The notes: generated by a model from the sequence alone, not told the origin. Positions 37,968 to 47,030 are shown, numbered from the stretch's first letter. The stretch: 64,000 bases of DNA from Acidimicrobiia bacterium (GCA_036259475.1 DATABS010000021.1:305-64304), one strand, 5' to 3'. Program-made: numbers and translations.

Positions 37968-38375
37968 ATGGCCATGGATACCGATACAGCCCGTTCCAAG
38001 CTGGAAGCCGAGCGTCAGCGGCTGGTGGCGATCAAGGAACGCCAGACCGAGATGTCGGAACTCGACGAGAGTCAGGGTGACGCCTCGGGGACGATCGCCG
38101 ATTACGACCAGCATCCGGGGGACGCGGGAACCGAGACGTTCGAGCGCACCAAGGACCTGGCCGTCGAAGAACAGCTCGAGGCCAGCATCGGAGATATCGA
38201 CGATGCCCTGCGCCGGCTGGAAGAAGGGAAGTACGGCCGCTGCCTGGCCTGTGGCCGTCCGATCGAGGAAGAGCGGCTCGAGGCCCTTCCCGAGGCCCGC
38301 TTCTGCCTGGAGCACCAACAGGAGGCTGACGCCGAGGCGGAGGAGGACCGCGAATACGGCGACTGGGGCGCATAG
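37968..38375 (+). CDS. DksA/TraR family C4-type zinc-finger protein
   Basis: CLACGRPIEEERLEALPEARFCLEH zinc finger plus an N-terminal coiled-coil. Confidence 0.8.
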   Translation: MAMDTDTARSKLEAERQRLVAIKERQTEMSELDESQGDASGTIADYDQHPGDAGTETFERTKDLAVEEQLEASIGDIDDALRRLEEGKYGRCLACGRPIEEERLEALPEARFCLEHQQEADAEAEEDREYGDWGA

Positions 38376-38381
38376 ACCGCC

Positions 38382-40016
38382 ATGCTCCGCAACCTCTGGT
38401 ACAAGTCGGCAATCATCTACCAGCTCGACGTCCGCACCTTTTTCGACTCGGACGGGAACGGATGGGGCGATTTCCAGGGCCTGATCGAGAAACTCGACTA
38501 CATCAGCGGCCTGGGTGCGACGTGTATATGGCTCAAGCCGTTCAACCCCAGCCCTCACCGGGACGACGGCTACGACATCTCCGACTATTACGCGGTCGAC
38601 CCCCATGTCGGCACGCTGGGAGACCTGGCGGACTTTCTCGAGGAGGCGGCCAGCCGCGGGCTGGCCGTCATCACGGAGCTCGTCGTCAACCACACCTCGA
38701 CCGAGCACCCCTGGTTCGTGGAAGCGGCCAGGTCCCGCGACTCGGAACTGCGCGATCTCTATATCTGGCGGGATGAGCCGCCCCCGGACGGGGAGTCACC
38801 GGAGCGGATCGTCTTCGACGGCGACGACAGGTCGGTGTGGACCAAGGACGACCGGACCGGCCAGTACTACCTCCATCGTTTCTACCCGTTCGAGCCGGAC
38901 CTCGACTCGGCTCATCCGTTCCTGCGGAGCGAGATCGAGAAGATGATCCTCTACTACCTCAAGCTCGGCTCGGCGGGCTTCCGCATCGATGCTGCCCCCT
39001 ACCTGGCGGAGAAGGCGTCAGCCGCTCCCGAATACGACGATGCCCACGACTACTTGAGAGATCTGCGGTCGTTTTTGACCGAAAGGCGCCCGGACGCCGC
39101 CTTCATGGCGGAGGCGGACGTGGAACCCGAGAAACTGGACGACTTCTTCGGCGAGGGGGATGAGATGAATCTCATGCTCAACTTCCTGGCTTCTGAGTAC
39201 ATCTGGCTGGGGCTGGCCCAGGGGAGCGCCGTCCCCCTCCGTGAGCTCTGCGACGTTCTTCCCCGGCCGCCGCATTCGGGCCAGTATGCCAACTTTCTCC
39301 GCAATCACGACGAGCTCGACCTGGAGATGCTGGACGAACAGGACCGCCGGCTCGTCTTCGAGACCTTCGCCCCTCATGACGACATGCGAATCTTCGGGCG
39401 AGGAATCCGTCGTCGAGCAGCCCCGATGCTCAACGGTGACCCGCGGCGCATCCGGTTGGCCCATAGTCTGCTGTTTTCGATGCCGGGCACGCCGATCATC
39501 TACTACGGCGACGAGATAGGGATGGGCGAAGACCTGTCGCTGTGGGAACGAAGACCGGTGCGGCTGCCGATGCAGTGGGGCCCGGAGACGAATGGCGGCT
39601 TCTCGACGGCTACCGGCGACGCGCTGTACCACCCGCCGCTGGCCGACGGCGAGTTCGGATACGCCGAGGTGAACGTGGCCGATCAGCGCGGCGATCCCGA
39701 TTCGCTGCTCAACTGGATGCGCCATCTCGTGACAACCCGCAAGGAGGCTCATGCCGTGGGCCATGGCGAGTGGCACGTCATCGACACGGGAAGCGACGCC
39801 GTGCTCGGACTGCACTACGACAACAACCAGGAAGTCGTGATCGTCTTCCACAACCTGTCCGATGAGGCTTCCTCGGTGACGTTCACACCGGAGACCGAAC
39901 TGGCCTATCTCTACGAGATGTTCGCCGACGACCAGTACGGCCACCCGGAGACCGAAGAACACCAGTTCAAGATCAACCGCCTCGGATATCGCTGGCTTCG
40001 CGGTCGCACAGCATGA
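38382..40016 (+). CDS. GH13 alpha-amylase family enzyme, TreS (trehalose synthase)/amylosucrase-like
   Basis: WYKSAIIYQLDVRTFFDSDGNGWGDFQGL...GATCIWLKPF...DGYDISDYY...VVNHTS...GFRIDAA... These are the GH13 conserved regions I-IV. Confidence 0.85.
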   Translation: MLRNLWYKSAIIYQLDVRTFFDSDGNGWGDFQGLIEKLDYISGLGATCIWLKPFNPSPHRDDGYDISDYYAVDPHVGTLGDLADFLEEAASRGLAVITELVVNHTSTEHPWFVEAARSRDSELRDLYIWRDEPPPDGESPERIVFDGDDRSVWTKDDRTGQYYLHRFYPFEPDLDSAHPFLRSEIEKMILYYLKLGSAGFRIDAAPYLAEKASAAPEYDDAHDYLRDLRSFLTERRPDAAFMAEADVEPEKLDDFFGEGDEMNLMLNFLASEYIWLGLAQGSAVPLRELCDVLPRPPHSGQYANFLRNHDELDLEMLDEQDRRLVFETFAPHDDMRIFGRGIRRRAAPMLNGDPRRIRLAHSLLFSMPGTPIIYYGDEIGMGEDLSLWERRPVRLPMQWGPETNGGFSTATGDALYHPPLADGEFGYAEVNVADQRGDPDSLLNWMRHLVTTRKEAHAVGHGEWHVIDTGSDAVLGLHYDNNQEVVIVFHNLSDEASSVTFTPETELAYLYEMFADDQYGHPETEEHQFKINRLGYRWLRGRTA

Positions 40017-40055
40017 TGAGGTGGAACCCTCGTTCGCCCCGCCGAAGACTCGGAA

Positions 40056-40523
40056 TCAGGCGGCGCCCTGCTCGCGCATCGCCTGCAGCTCGTCGTGAGC
40101 TGCCGTGATGGCCGAGCTCTGCCGGGCCAGGACCATCCGCACGTCCTCCGGCAGCTCCTCGTCGAGGGCCTTGGCGTACTCCTTGCCGGCCTCCTCTTCG
40201 CCGCTCTCCGCGGCGGAGAGGAGGACGGACACCTGATCCGAGCTGATCGCCTCCCTCAGCGCCATCCACCCCCGGTGAACGCTGGCGGCGATTGAGCCGT
40301 TCTGAGCCACGCCCATGCCCTGTTCGGCTGCCATTTCACGGAGCTCTGTCGAAAATCGCCGTCTCTGTTCGCTGTATTCGCGCATCTGGGCCGCAAGGTC
40401 GTTGCGGCCCGACGCGGCTAGCCGGTCGGCCGCCTCGGCGAAGCCCCGGCGGCCATCCTCCAACGTCTCGATCAGGTCCTCCAGGACCCTTCTCACCTGA
40501 TTCTCCATGTTCACCTCTGGCAC
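40056..40523 (-). CDS. DUF2383/PA2169-family four-helix-bundle (ferritin-like) protein
   Basis: VLEDLIETLEDGRRGFAEAADRL and the pattern of repeated helices. Confidence 0.65.
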   Translation of the reverse strand: MPEVNMENQVRRVLEDLIETLEDGRRGFAEAADRLAASGRNDLAAQMREYSEQRRRFSTELREMAAEQGMGVAQNGSIAASVHRGWMALREAISSDQVSVLLSAAESGEEEAGKEYAKALDEELPEDVRMVLARQSSAITAAHDELQAMREQGAA

Positions 40524-40589
40524 TGTGATCGCCGCGTGTTCTACCCGCGCCCTGCGGGGGCAAACGACTTGCTCGTCACCAGCTCCGTG

Positions 40590-43235
40590 TCAGCGAGCGT
40601 CGGTGTCGGTCGGGCCGGCGAGGGCGTAGGCGACGGCATCGGCATAGGTCATCGCTCGGCCTTCCATGTATGCCTCGCGGAGCGGTCCCGTGAGGGCCTC
40701 CAGCCGCTCCAGACTCAGCTCCTCGATCCGGTTGGAGGCGTGGCTGACGATGTCGGCTCCAGACTGGATGCGCAGGGCCTGGAAGGCCCCCCCCAGGCGG
40801 ACGCCCCTCGTCTCGTCGCCCGCGTCCAGGGCCAACTCCCCTGCCAACGCCATGAACAGAACGGCGGCGGAGACGTCTTCGTGCTCGGCGAACATCGCCA
40901 AGCCCTGACGGAGATAGCTCCAGGCCGTGTCGATGTCTCCCATCGTCCGCGAGAGGAGTGCTAGCTCGAACAACGCCCATCCCAGACCGAAATGGTTCCC
41001 CGCCTGCTCGTAGTACTCCTTGCTGCGCTGCCACTGGGACAACCCGCCCTCGAGGTCGCCGCCCAGGATCCCGAGCAGGTTGCCCCGGCCCCAGTAGACG
41101 TCACCCAGCCCGTCGGGGTCGTCGAGCCGGCGATAGATCTCCTCCGCCTCGTCGAGGTTGGCCAGCGCTTCCTCGTTGACCTCGTTCCGGCTGTGGGTCT
41201 CGTAGCCGGCGAAGCCCAGGCCGAGCGCATGGTTGTAGAGCGCGTTGGCGATCTCGGCCGGATCGTCGATCTCACGCTGCATCGCCAGGACTCGCTTGTA
41301 GACCTCCAGGAACTCGTCGGTCCGCGACTGCCACCACAGCACGCCGCCGAGGCCTTCCAGCGCCTTGGCCCGCAGCCGGGGGTCGCCGCCGGGCAGGGCC
41401 AGCGCCGCCTCCAGTCGCCGCCCGGCCTCGAAGAGGTGACCCCGAGCCTGCCAGAACCGCCAGCAGGCGAAGGACAGTCGCAGGGCGAGGTCGGTTTGGT
41501 CGGTGGCTGTCGCCCACTCGAGTGCCGCACGGATGTTGTCGTGGTCTCGCTCGAGCAGGTTGAGCCAGCGTTTCCGCTGGGGCCCTTTCAGTTGAGCCAC
41601 CGCATCCTCGGCCATCTCCGTGTACGCCAGGAGGTGACGATCATGGATCTGGTCCCGTTCGTCTCTGCCGTCGAGGCAACGGGCGGCGAACTCGCGGATC
41701 ACCTGGAGCATTCGAAAGCGCGGCTCCTGCTCGCTGTCGATGCGGCGTATCAGGCTCTGATCGAGCAGGACCGCGAGCCGCTCGAGCAGGTCCGTCCCCG
41801 ACCCACACACCTTCTCGATCTCGTCGAGCCGGCCGCCCCCGGCGAACACGGATAAGCGGGCGAAGAGCTCCTTCTCGGGCTCCTCGAGCAAGTCGTAGCT
41901 CCAGGCGATAGCCCCGTCGATGGTTCGCTGGCGGTCGGGCAGGTCGACCGCCCCGGACAGCATCCCCGGATCGAAGCGCTCGGCAATCGTCGCCACGGGT
42001 AGGAGCCTGACTCGGGATGCAATCAGCTCGATGGCGAGCGGCAGTCCGTCGAGGCGGCGCACCAGCTCGCTCACCGCCTCGGCGTTGTCGTCGTCCAACC
42101 TGAAATCGGGCCGTACCCCCATCGCCCGCTCGACGAAGAGCTTCACTGCGTCGAATTCGCACAACGGTTCCAATCCGATACCGGCCTGGGGGAGCGGCAT
42201 GGGTGCGAGCGGCATCTCTTGCTCGGCCGACAGCCGCAGCGGAGCCCGCGACGTCACGAGAAACTTCGATCGAGGCGAGGCTCGAACCATCTCACCGACG
42301 AGCGGGGCGGCGCCCAGGATCTGCTCGAAGTTGTCGAGGATCATCAGCAGTTGCTTGTCCGACAGGCTTTCCCCCAGATGGCGACCCGGGTCGTAGTCGC
42401 CCGCCGGTTCCTGGATTCCGAGCGCTCCCAGGATGGCGGAGGGAACGACCGCCACGTCGGATACAGGGGCGAGATCCACGAAGAACACGCCGTCGGCGAA
42501 GTCGCCGCTCGCCTCGGCTCCTACCTGCAAAGCGAGGCGAGTCTTGCCGGTGCCGCCTGGCCCTGTCAGCGTGAGCAAGCGACTGGACTGCAGGAGCCGC
42601 CGCGCCTCGGTCAGCTCGTCGCGTCGCCCGACGAAGCTGGTGAGCTGCAGCGGCAGGTTGTTGGGGACGGCATCCAGGGTTCGCAGTGGCGGAAACGTCT
42701 CGTCGATGCCGTCGATCACGAGTTCGAACAACGTCTCCGGCTGGGTCAAGTCCTTCAGACGGTGCTTGCCCGCGTCTCGAAGCGTCAGTCCTTGTGGCAG
42801 CGAGTTCTCCGCCAGCACGGCCGTCGCTTCCGACAGGACCGTCTGGCCGCCATGGCCGGTTCCGGCGATGCGGGCGGCCCGGTGGACGTCGAGTCCCACG
42901 TAGTCGTCGCCACCGATGGTCCCGTGGCCGGTGTGAAGACCCATCCTCACCCGGATGGGGGCGTCGGCCGGCCAACCTTGGCGACGCAGCTCCCGCTGGG
43001 CGTCGGCGGCGGCGGCCAGCGCTTCGTCGGCGGCACCGAACACCGCAAAGAACCCGTCACCTTCGGTCTTGACGACGGTACCCCCGTGCTCTTCGATCGC
43101 CGACCGCAGCAGACGGTTGTGTCGCTCGAGCAGTTCCAGCCAGGCGTCGCCGGTGGCCTGAACGAGCCGGGTCGAGCCCTCGATATCCGTGAACAGGAAG
43201 GTGACGGTCCCGGTTGGCAGCGTGGACGAGTCCAT
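40590..43235 (-). CDS. Class III adenylate/guanylate cyclase - NB-ARC/AAA ATPase - TPR multidomain protein
   Basis: N-terminal VTFLFTDIEGSTRL...GLHTGHGTIGGDDYVGLDVHRAARI cyclase domain. Walker A GPGGTGKTRL. C-terminal ~350 aa of TPR repeats with no LuxR HTH at the end. ATG at ~43235 with an AAGGA SD. Confidence 0.85.
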   Translation of the reverse strand: MDSSTLPTGTVTFLFTDIEGSTRLVQATGDAWLELLERHNRLLRSAIEEHGGTVVKTEGDGFFAVFGAADEALAAAADAQRELRRQGWPADAPIRVRMGLHTGHGTIGGDDYVGLDVHRAARIAGTGHGGQTVLSEATAVLAENSLPQGLTLRDAGKHRLKDLTQPETLFELVIDGIDETFPPLRTLDAVPNNLPLQLTSFVGRRDELTEARRLLQSSRLLTLTGPGGTGKTRLALQVGAEASGDFADGVFFVDLAPVSDVAVVPSAILGALGIQEPAGDYDPGRHLGESLSDKQLLMILDNFEQILGAAPLVGEMVRASPRSKFLVTSRAPLRLSAEQEMPLAPMPLPQAGIGLEPLCEFDAVKLFVERAMGVRPDFRLDDDNAEAVSELVRRLDGLPLAIELIASRVRLLPVATIAERFDPGMLSGAVDLPDRQRTIDGAIAWSYDLLEEPEKELFARLSVFAGGGRLDEIEKVCGSGTDLLERLAVLLDQSLIRRIDSEQEPRFRMLQVIREFAARCLDGRDERDQIHDRHLLAYTEMAEDAVAQLKGPQRKRWLNLLERDHDNIRAALEWATATDQTDLALRLSFACWRFWQARGHLFEAGRRLEAALALPGGDPRLRAKALEGLGGVLWWQSRTDEFLEVYKRVLAMQREIDDPAEIANALYNHALGLGFAGYETHSRNEVNEEALANLDEAEEIYRRLDDPDGLGDVYWGRGNLLGILGGDLEGGLSQWQRSKEYYEQAGNHFGLGWALFELALLSRTMGDIDTAWSYLRQGLAMFAEHEDVSAAVLFMALAGELALDAGDETRGVRLGGAFQALRIQSGADIVSHASNRIEELSLERLEALTGPLREAYMEGRAMTYADAVAYALAGPTDTDAR

Positions 43236-43412
43236 CGTCCTTCGATTCAACCACCTCGGGAGGGGAGTTGTCCGGCGGAAACATGTTGGGCCGCAACGGC
43301 ATCGTTCAGCGAGGGCAGGGCGGGCTTCGATCGTGGTCGCGGGGACTAGTCACCCCGGAAGCAGGGGAGATGATTCTCCAGAAGGGACCCATCTGCGGCC
43401 GATGTCCCCTCC

Positions 43413-44420
43413 ATGGAGGTCAAGTTTCCGCAGGAGCGATTGGCGCCGGGCCCGGCCCGCAGCATTTCGGCCGTCGTGGTAGCCGCTTTCGGCTCGACCT
43501 TGCTCTTCTGGCTGGTAGGGCGGTCCATTCCCTGGGGAGCAGATCTCCAGGTCGGGTTTCTCGTCGTCAGCTTCGGCGTCCTGCTCCTGGTGTCGGTCGG
43601 TTACAGCATCACGGTGGATCACATTTGGCGACGGACCCACCGCGAGGCGAACGACGCCATGGTCGCCTTCAAGGGAGACTTCGTCGCTGACGTGAGTCAC
43701 GAGCTGCGCACCGCCCTCACCGGGATAGTCGGGTTCGCCCAGCTCCTCGACCCCCGGGTGGTGGGCGGCGACAACGCCGAAGCGATCAAGCAGGTGATCG
43801 GGCAGTCGGCCGAGCTGAGCCGGGTGGTGGACGACCTGACGGCCATCTCGCGGAGAGATGCCGGTCTTCTCGAGGTTCAGTCGACGGCCGTGTCGCTCCT
43901 CGAGGAAGTGGAGTCGGCCGTGGAGTTCGTGGCCCTCATGGGCGTGGACGTGGCGGTCGAATGCGACGACGCCCGGGTGCTCGTCGACCAGGAGCGCTTT
44001 CGTCACGTGCTGCGCAATCTCCTGGTGAACGCCTTTCGTCACGGGGCGCCGGGCTTCAGCGTCAGAGGCCAGACATTCGGCAAGAACTACATTTGCCAGG
44101 TCGTCGATCATGGCCCCGGCATCGGACCCGAGGCGGAGCAAAGCCTCTCGTCGGCGTCCCGCAACAACAGCGCAATCTCGTCCGATTCCGATTCATTGGG
44201 CCTCGGCTTGACGGTCGTCAATGACCTGGTCGCCCGGATGAACTGCACGCTCTCCTATCGACGCATCCGCGGCGAGACACACTTCATTCTCACAATTCCG
44301 CTCGCCCCGGCCGAGTCCGAGGAGAGCGAGCCCCGGTTCACGCCGGGATACCCAGTGCCGCGGCTCAAGCGGACCGATCGAAACTCAGCCAAAGGAGATC
44401 AGTGTGTTGCGAGTGCTTGA
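43413..44420 (+). CDS. Sensor histidine kinase (2 TM, HisKA + HATPase_c), orphan
   Basis: H-box DVSHELRTAL. N/G boxes NLLVNAFRHG, DHGPGI and GLGLTVV. No adjacent response regulator. Confidence 0.8.
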   Translation: MEVKFPQERLAPGPARSISAVVVAAFGSTLLFWLVGRSIPWGADLQVGFLVVSFGVLLLVSVGYSITVDHIWRRTHREANDAMVAFKGDFVADVSHELRTALTGIVGFAQLLDPRVVGGDNAEAIKQVIGQSAELSRVVDDLTAISRRDAGLLEVQSTAVSLLEEVESAVEFVALMGVDVAVECDDARVLVDQERFRHVLRNLLVNAFRHGAPGFSVRGQTFGKNYICQVVDHGPGIGPEAEQSLSSASRNNSAISSDSDSLGLGLTVVNDLVARMNCTLSYRRIRGETHFILTIPLAPAESEESEPRFTPGYPVPRLKRTDRNSAKGDQCVASA

Positions 44421-44589
44421 ACGGATCAAAGCCCAGTCGACTCAGTGCGAACACCCCGAGACCAGAACCACAACCAACTTCGGCATCGAGCGGATCGCCT
44501 GTGTCGTCTGCCGTCACGTCGAAGTCCACAATCTTGCCCACCAGACCGTGGTGCGGGCCGAACCGCGGGCCGCTTCCGCCCGGCGCTGA
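44404..44589 (+). CDS. Candidate small Cys/His-containing protein (61 aa), speculative
   Basis: GTG 6 nt after AAAGGAG, overlapping the kinase stop. Contains C-x-H-x13-C-x2-C-x-H. No homology recognised. Confidence 0.2.
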   Translation: MLRVLERIKAQSTQCEHPETRTTTNFGIERIACVVCRHVEVHNLAHQTVVRAEPRAASARR

Positions 44590-44665
44590 GGGCCAGCCTT
44601 TTCCCTGAGCCGCTCGGAAGCGAAGGGGCGCGGTCCGGAGAGCGCGAGACATAGCGAATAGAAGC

Positions 44666-44690
44666 GGGCCGGTCCGCTGGGGACCGGCCC
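44666..44690. terminator. Bidirectional hairpin GGGCCGGTCC-GCTGG-GGACCGGCCC with T-rich flanks
   Basis: A 10-bp perfect stem seen directly, between the convergent small genes. Confidence 0.4.
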
Positions 44691-44715
44691 TCTTCGGTTA
44701 GGGCTGAGCCGCTGC

Positions 44716-44958
44716 TCAGAGGAGGACGGCCCGCGTGCGGATCTTCAGGAACACCAGGCCGGTGAGCACCAGGGTGAGTCCTACGGCGACCGCCATCGCC
44801 GACAGGCCGTAGGAGAGAATCCCCAGGCTGAGGGCGGTGGTGAGTGCCGTCGCCGTGATCCAAGAGGCCCCGGCCTCGTTCGGCACCATCACGGGTTCAC
44901 TTTGCTCGTCCATCACCTGCTGTCCGGACTCGTCGAGTAGGGGGACCTCCCGCTCCAT
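44716..44958 (-). CDS. Small hypothetical membrane protein (80 aa, 2 TM)
   Basis: An acidic N-terminus then two hydrophobic helices. A terminator hairpin lies downstream. Confidence 0.4.
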   Translation of the reverse strand: MEREVPLLDESGQQVMDEQSEPVMVPNEAGASWITATALTTALSLGILSYGLSAMAVAVGLTLVLTGLVFLKIRTRAVLL

Positions 44959-45064
44959 CTGGGAGTAGTAAAGGCCGCCGGTGGAGTCCAGCTGATGACG
45001 GGTGATGATTAGAGGCTGGTACTAGACCCAGTGTCGAGACGGCCCTTAGGGTGGAGGACGAACA

Positions 45065-45169
45065 ATGTGTGACTACTGCGATTTCCAGCGTATCCCCGAC
45101 CTCGCCGAGGCGGCCGCCGCCCAGCGGCTGGAAGAGTTGCAATGGGATGAGATGACGCCGGTGACCTGA
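45065..45169 (+). CDS. 34-aa upstream ORF MCDYCDFQRIPDLAEAAAAQRLEELQWDEMTPVT, translationally coupled (TGATG) to the NuoF-like gene
   Basis: GGTGGAGGACGAACA-ATG SD at ideal spacing. A CxxC motif. Its stop overlaps the next ATG. Not in the ORF track because it is under 60 aa. Confidence 0.35.
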   Translation: MCDYCDFQRIPDLAEAAAAQRLEELQWDEMTPVT

Positions 45170-46524
45170 TGGGATATCTGCTGCCGGAAGCGCCCCTCGA
45201 CTCCCTCGACGACTATCGCCAGATCGGCGGCGGAGAGGGGCTATCCCGGGCGCTCGAAATCGGACCGGAGGAAACGATCGGCGCCGTCGAGTCGGCCCGT
45301 CTCCGTGGTCGGGGAGGAGCGGGTTTCCCGACCGGCATCAAGTGGAAAGGCGTCGCCAACGCCGAGCAGTCGCAGCGCCGCTTCCTGGTCTGCAACGCCG
45401 CCGAAGGGGAGCCGGGAACCTTCAAAGACCGGGCGCTTCTGCGAACCAACCCGTACCAGGTTCTGGAGGGGATGGCGATCGCCGCCTTCGCGGTCGGGGC
45501 CGACGAAGCGTACATCGGGATCAAGGAGAAGTACGTTGGCGACACCGCGGCCCTCGAGACGGCCGCCAGCGAGATGGCTGACGCAGGGATGCTGGGCGAG
45601 ATACCGATCCGGGTCGTGCCCGGGCCCGACGACTACCTCCTCGGGGAAGAGAAGGGCCTGCTGGAGGCGATAGAAGGGCGGCCACCGTTCCCTCGCTGGT
45701 ACCCGCCCTATGTCGTCGGCTTGCACACAGGTATGTCCGCCGGCGTGGGCGCCGGATCGAGCGGTTGGGACGAACAAGTCAACCCGACGGTCGTGAACAA
45801 CGTCGAGACCCTGGCCAACGTCGCCCCTATCCTCGCTCGGGGCGCTGACTGGTACCGCTCCCTCGGCACCCAGAACTCCCCAGGAAACATGCTCTTCACC
45901 ATCTCGGGTGACGTTCGAACCGAGAAGGTGGCCGAACTGCCTCTCGGCACGCCCCTGGCGGTCCTGGTCCACGGAGTGGGTGAGGGCATGGAGGCGGGCC
46001 GGCGGGTGAAGGCAGTATTCCCCGGGGTCTCGAACGCCCCCCTTCCGGATCGGCTCCTCGACACGCCGATGGACTTCGAGTCCCTGGCGGCGGTCGGTTC
46101 AGGTCTCGGCTCAGGCGGCATGATCGTCTACGACGACACTGCCTGCATCGTCGGCGTGGCCGCGGTTCTGTCCCGCTTCCTCGCCGTCGAGTCCTGTGGT
46201 CAGTGTCCCCCCTGCAAACTCGGCACCGACGCCCTGGCGGATCGTTTCTTCGCCATCGACGGCGGCCAAGGCACCGAATTCACCCTCGAAGAGATCTCGG
46301 CTTGGATCGGCCGGGTCACCGATGCCAATCGCTGCGGCCTGGGCGCGGGGGAGCGGGCGCTGGCGTCGGGAGTGATGAGGTTCTACGCCGAAGAAGTGGT
46401 TGGACACCTCAGGCGGAGATGCTGGTCTGACCGTCAGGTCAACGTCCCGAAAATGGTCGATTGGCTCCCCCAGGAGGCAAAGTTCGTCTACGACGAAGGG
46501 TATTTCGCATGGCGGCAGGCTTGA
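45169..46524 (+). CDS. NuoF-like NADH dehydrogenase 51-kDa flavoprotein family (FMN/NADH-binding, 4Fe-4S), standalone
   Basis: GRGGAGFPTGIKW (NADH/FMN site), the SLBB region, and ESCGQCPPCKLGT (the N3 [4Fe-4S] motif). Confidence 0.85.
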   Translation: MGYLLPEAPLDSLDDYRQIGGGEGLSRALEIGPEETIGAVESARLRGRGGAGFPTGIKWKGVANAEQSQRRFLVCNAAEGEPGTFKDRALLRTNPYQVLEGMAIAAFAVGADEAYIGIKEKYVGDTAALETAASEMADAGMLGEIPIRVVPGPDDYLLGEEKGLLEAIEGRPPFPRWYPPYVVGLHTGMSAGVGAGSSGWDEQVNPTVVNNVETLANVAPILARGADWYRSLGTQNSPGNMLFTISGDVRTEKVAELPLGTPLAVLVHGVGEGMEAGRRVKAVFPGVSNAPLPDRLLDTPMDFESLAAVGSGLGSGGMIVYDDTACIVGVAAVLSRFLAVESCGQCPPCKLGTDALADRFFAIDGGQGTEFTLEEISAWIGRVTDANRCGLGAGERALASGVMRFYAEEVVGHLRRRCWSDRQVNVPKMVDWLPQEAKFVYDEGYFAWRQA

Positions 46525-46775
46525 GTCCGGGAACGGTGGCGGCGCTCCATCCCCGGCCGGAGGCGGTCGAGGAGGCCGTCCGGCTGGTGGGTGCCGGCAC
46601 CGAGCGAACCGATGCCGTCCGCGGGCTGGTGGAGTCGTTCTCCGCCGACGAGCTGAACGCCGCCTGGCTGTGGTGGGTGAGACGGATGCCGGCCGAATCC
46701 TGGGACGACTACCGCCCCGGTGCGGTGCTCAACCTCCTCGAAGTCGCCCTGGCCGAAGCAGACCCGCTGGTTTGA
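46509..46775 (+). CDS. Hypothetical protein (88 aa) overlapping the NuoF-like stop by 16 nt
   Basis: ATG at 46509, in frame with ORF 46461..46775. Plausible composition (WLWWVRRMPAESWDDY). Confidence 0.5.
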   Translation: MAAGLSPGTVAALHPRPEAVEEAVRLVGAGTERTDAVRGLVESFSADELNAAWLWWVRRMPAESWDDYRPGAVLNLLEVALAEADPLV

Positions 46776-46779
46776 TCAT

Positions 46780-47021
46780 GTGGGGGTACTTCCCCCACAC
46801 CCCCACGGCTACGGGCGGCGAGGTGGTTCGTGGTAGGGGCCGTCTCCCCACGGTGGTTCGACAGCCGTTCTTGTGTCGAGAGTGCATCCGCCTGGCTCAC
46901 AGCATGCTGAGTGCACTCTCGTCAGCAGGGCACCGACTCGGCGTCGCGATCCGGTCGGTCGTTGAAGGGCTCGGAACGCAAGTGCAGGGACTTCCGACTT
47001 CCGACTTCCGACTTCCGACTT
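46780..47021. repeat. Intergenic repeat element, copy A
   Basis: Parts: hairpin GTGGGGG-TACTT-CCCCCAC (46780-46798) plus ACACCCCCACGGCT; a 10-bp-stem hairpin (46876-46920) with an inner CAGCATGCTG palindrome; and (GACTTCC)x4.6 (46989-47021). It shares its 5' and 3' modules with the 58820-59092 element. Confidence 0.55.
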
Positions 47022-47030
47022 CCGACTTGC

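Noticed and set aside
40590-43235. Cyclase-NB-ARC-TPR protein as an antiphage STAND/Avs-type defence gene
   Set aside because: The N-terminal nucleotidyl-cyclase plus TPR architecture matches the widespread actinobacterial signalling ATPase/cyclase family, not Avs effectors. There is no nuclease/protease effector domain and there are no neighbouring defence genes.
43413-44420. Pairing of the orphan histidine kinase with the response regulator at 53095
   Set aside because: The genes are 9 kb apart and the regulator already has its own adjacent kinase (53769-54923). There is no evidence for linkage.
46989-47021. Tandem GACTTCC heptamers as a possible CRISPR array or coding repeat
   Set aside because: The units are contiguous with no spacers, so this is not CRISPR. 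The frame encoding TSDFRLPTSD belongs to a rejected overlapping ORF.
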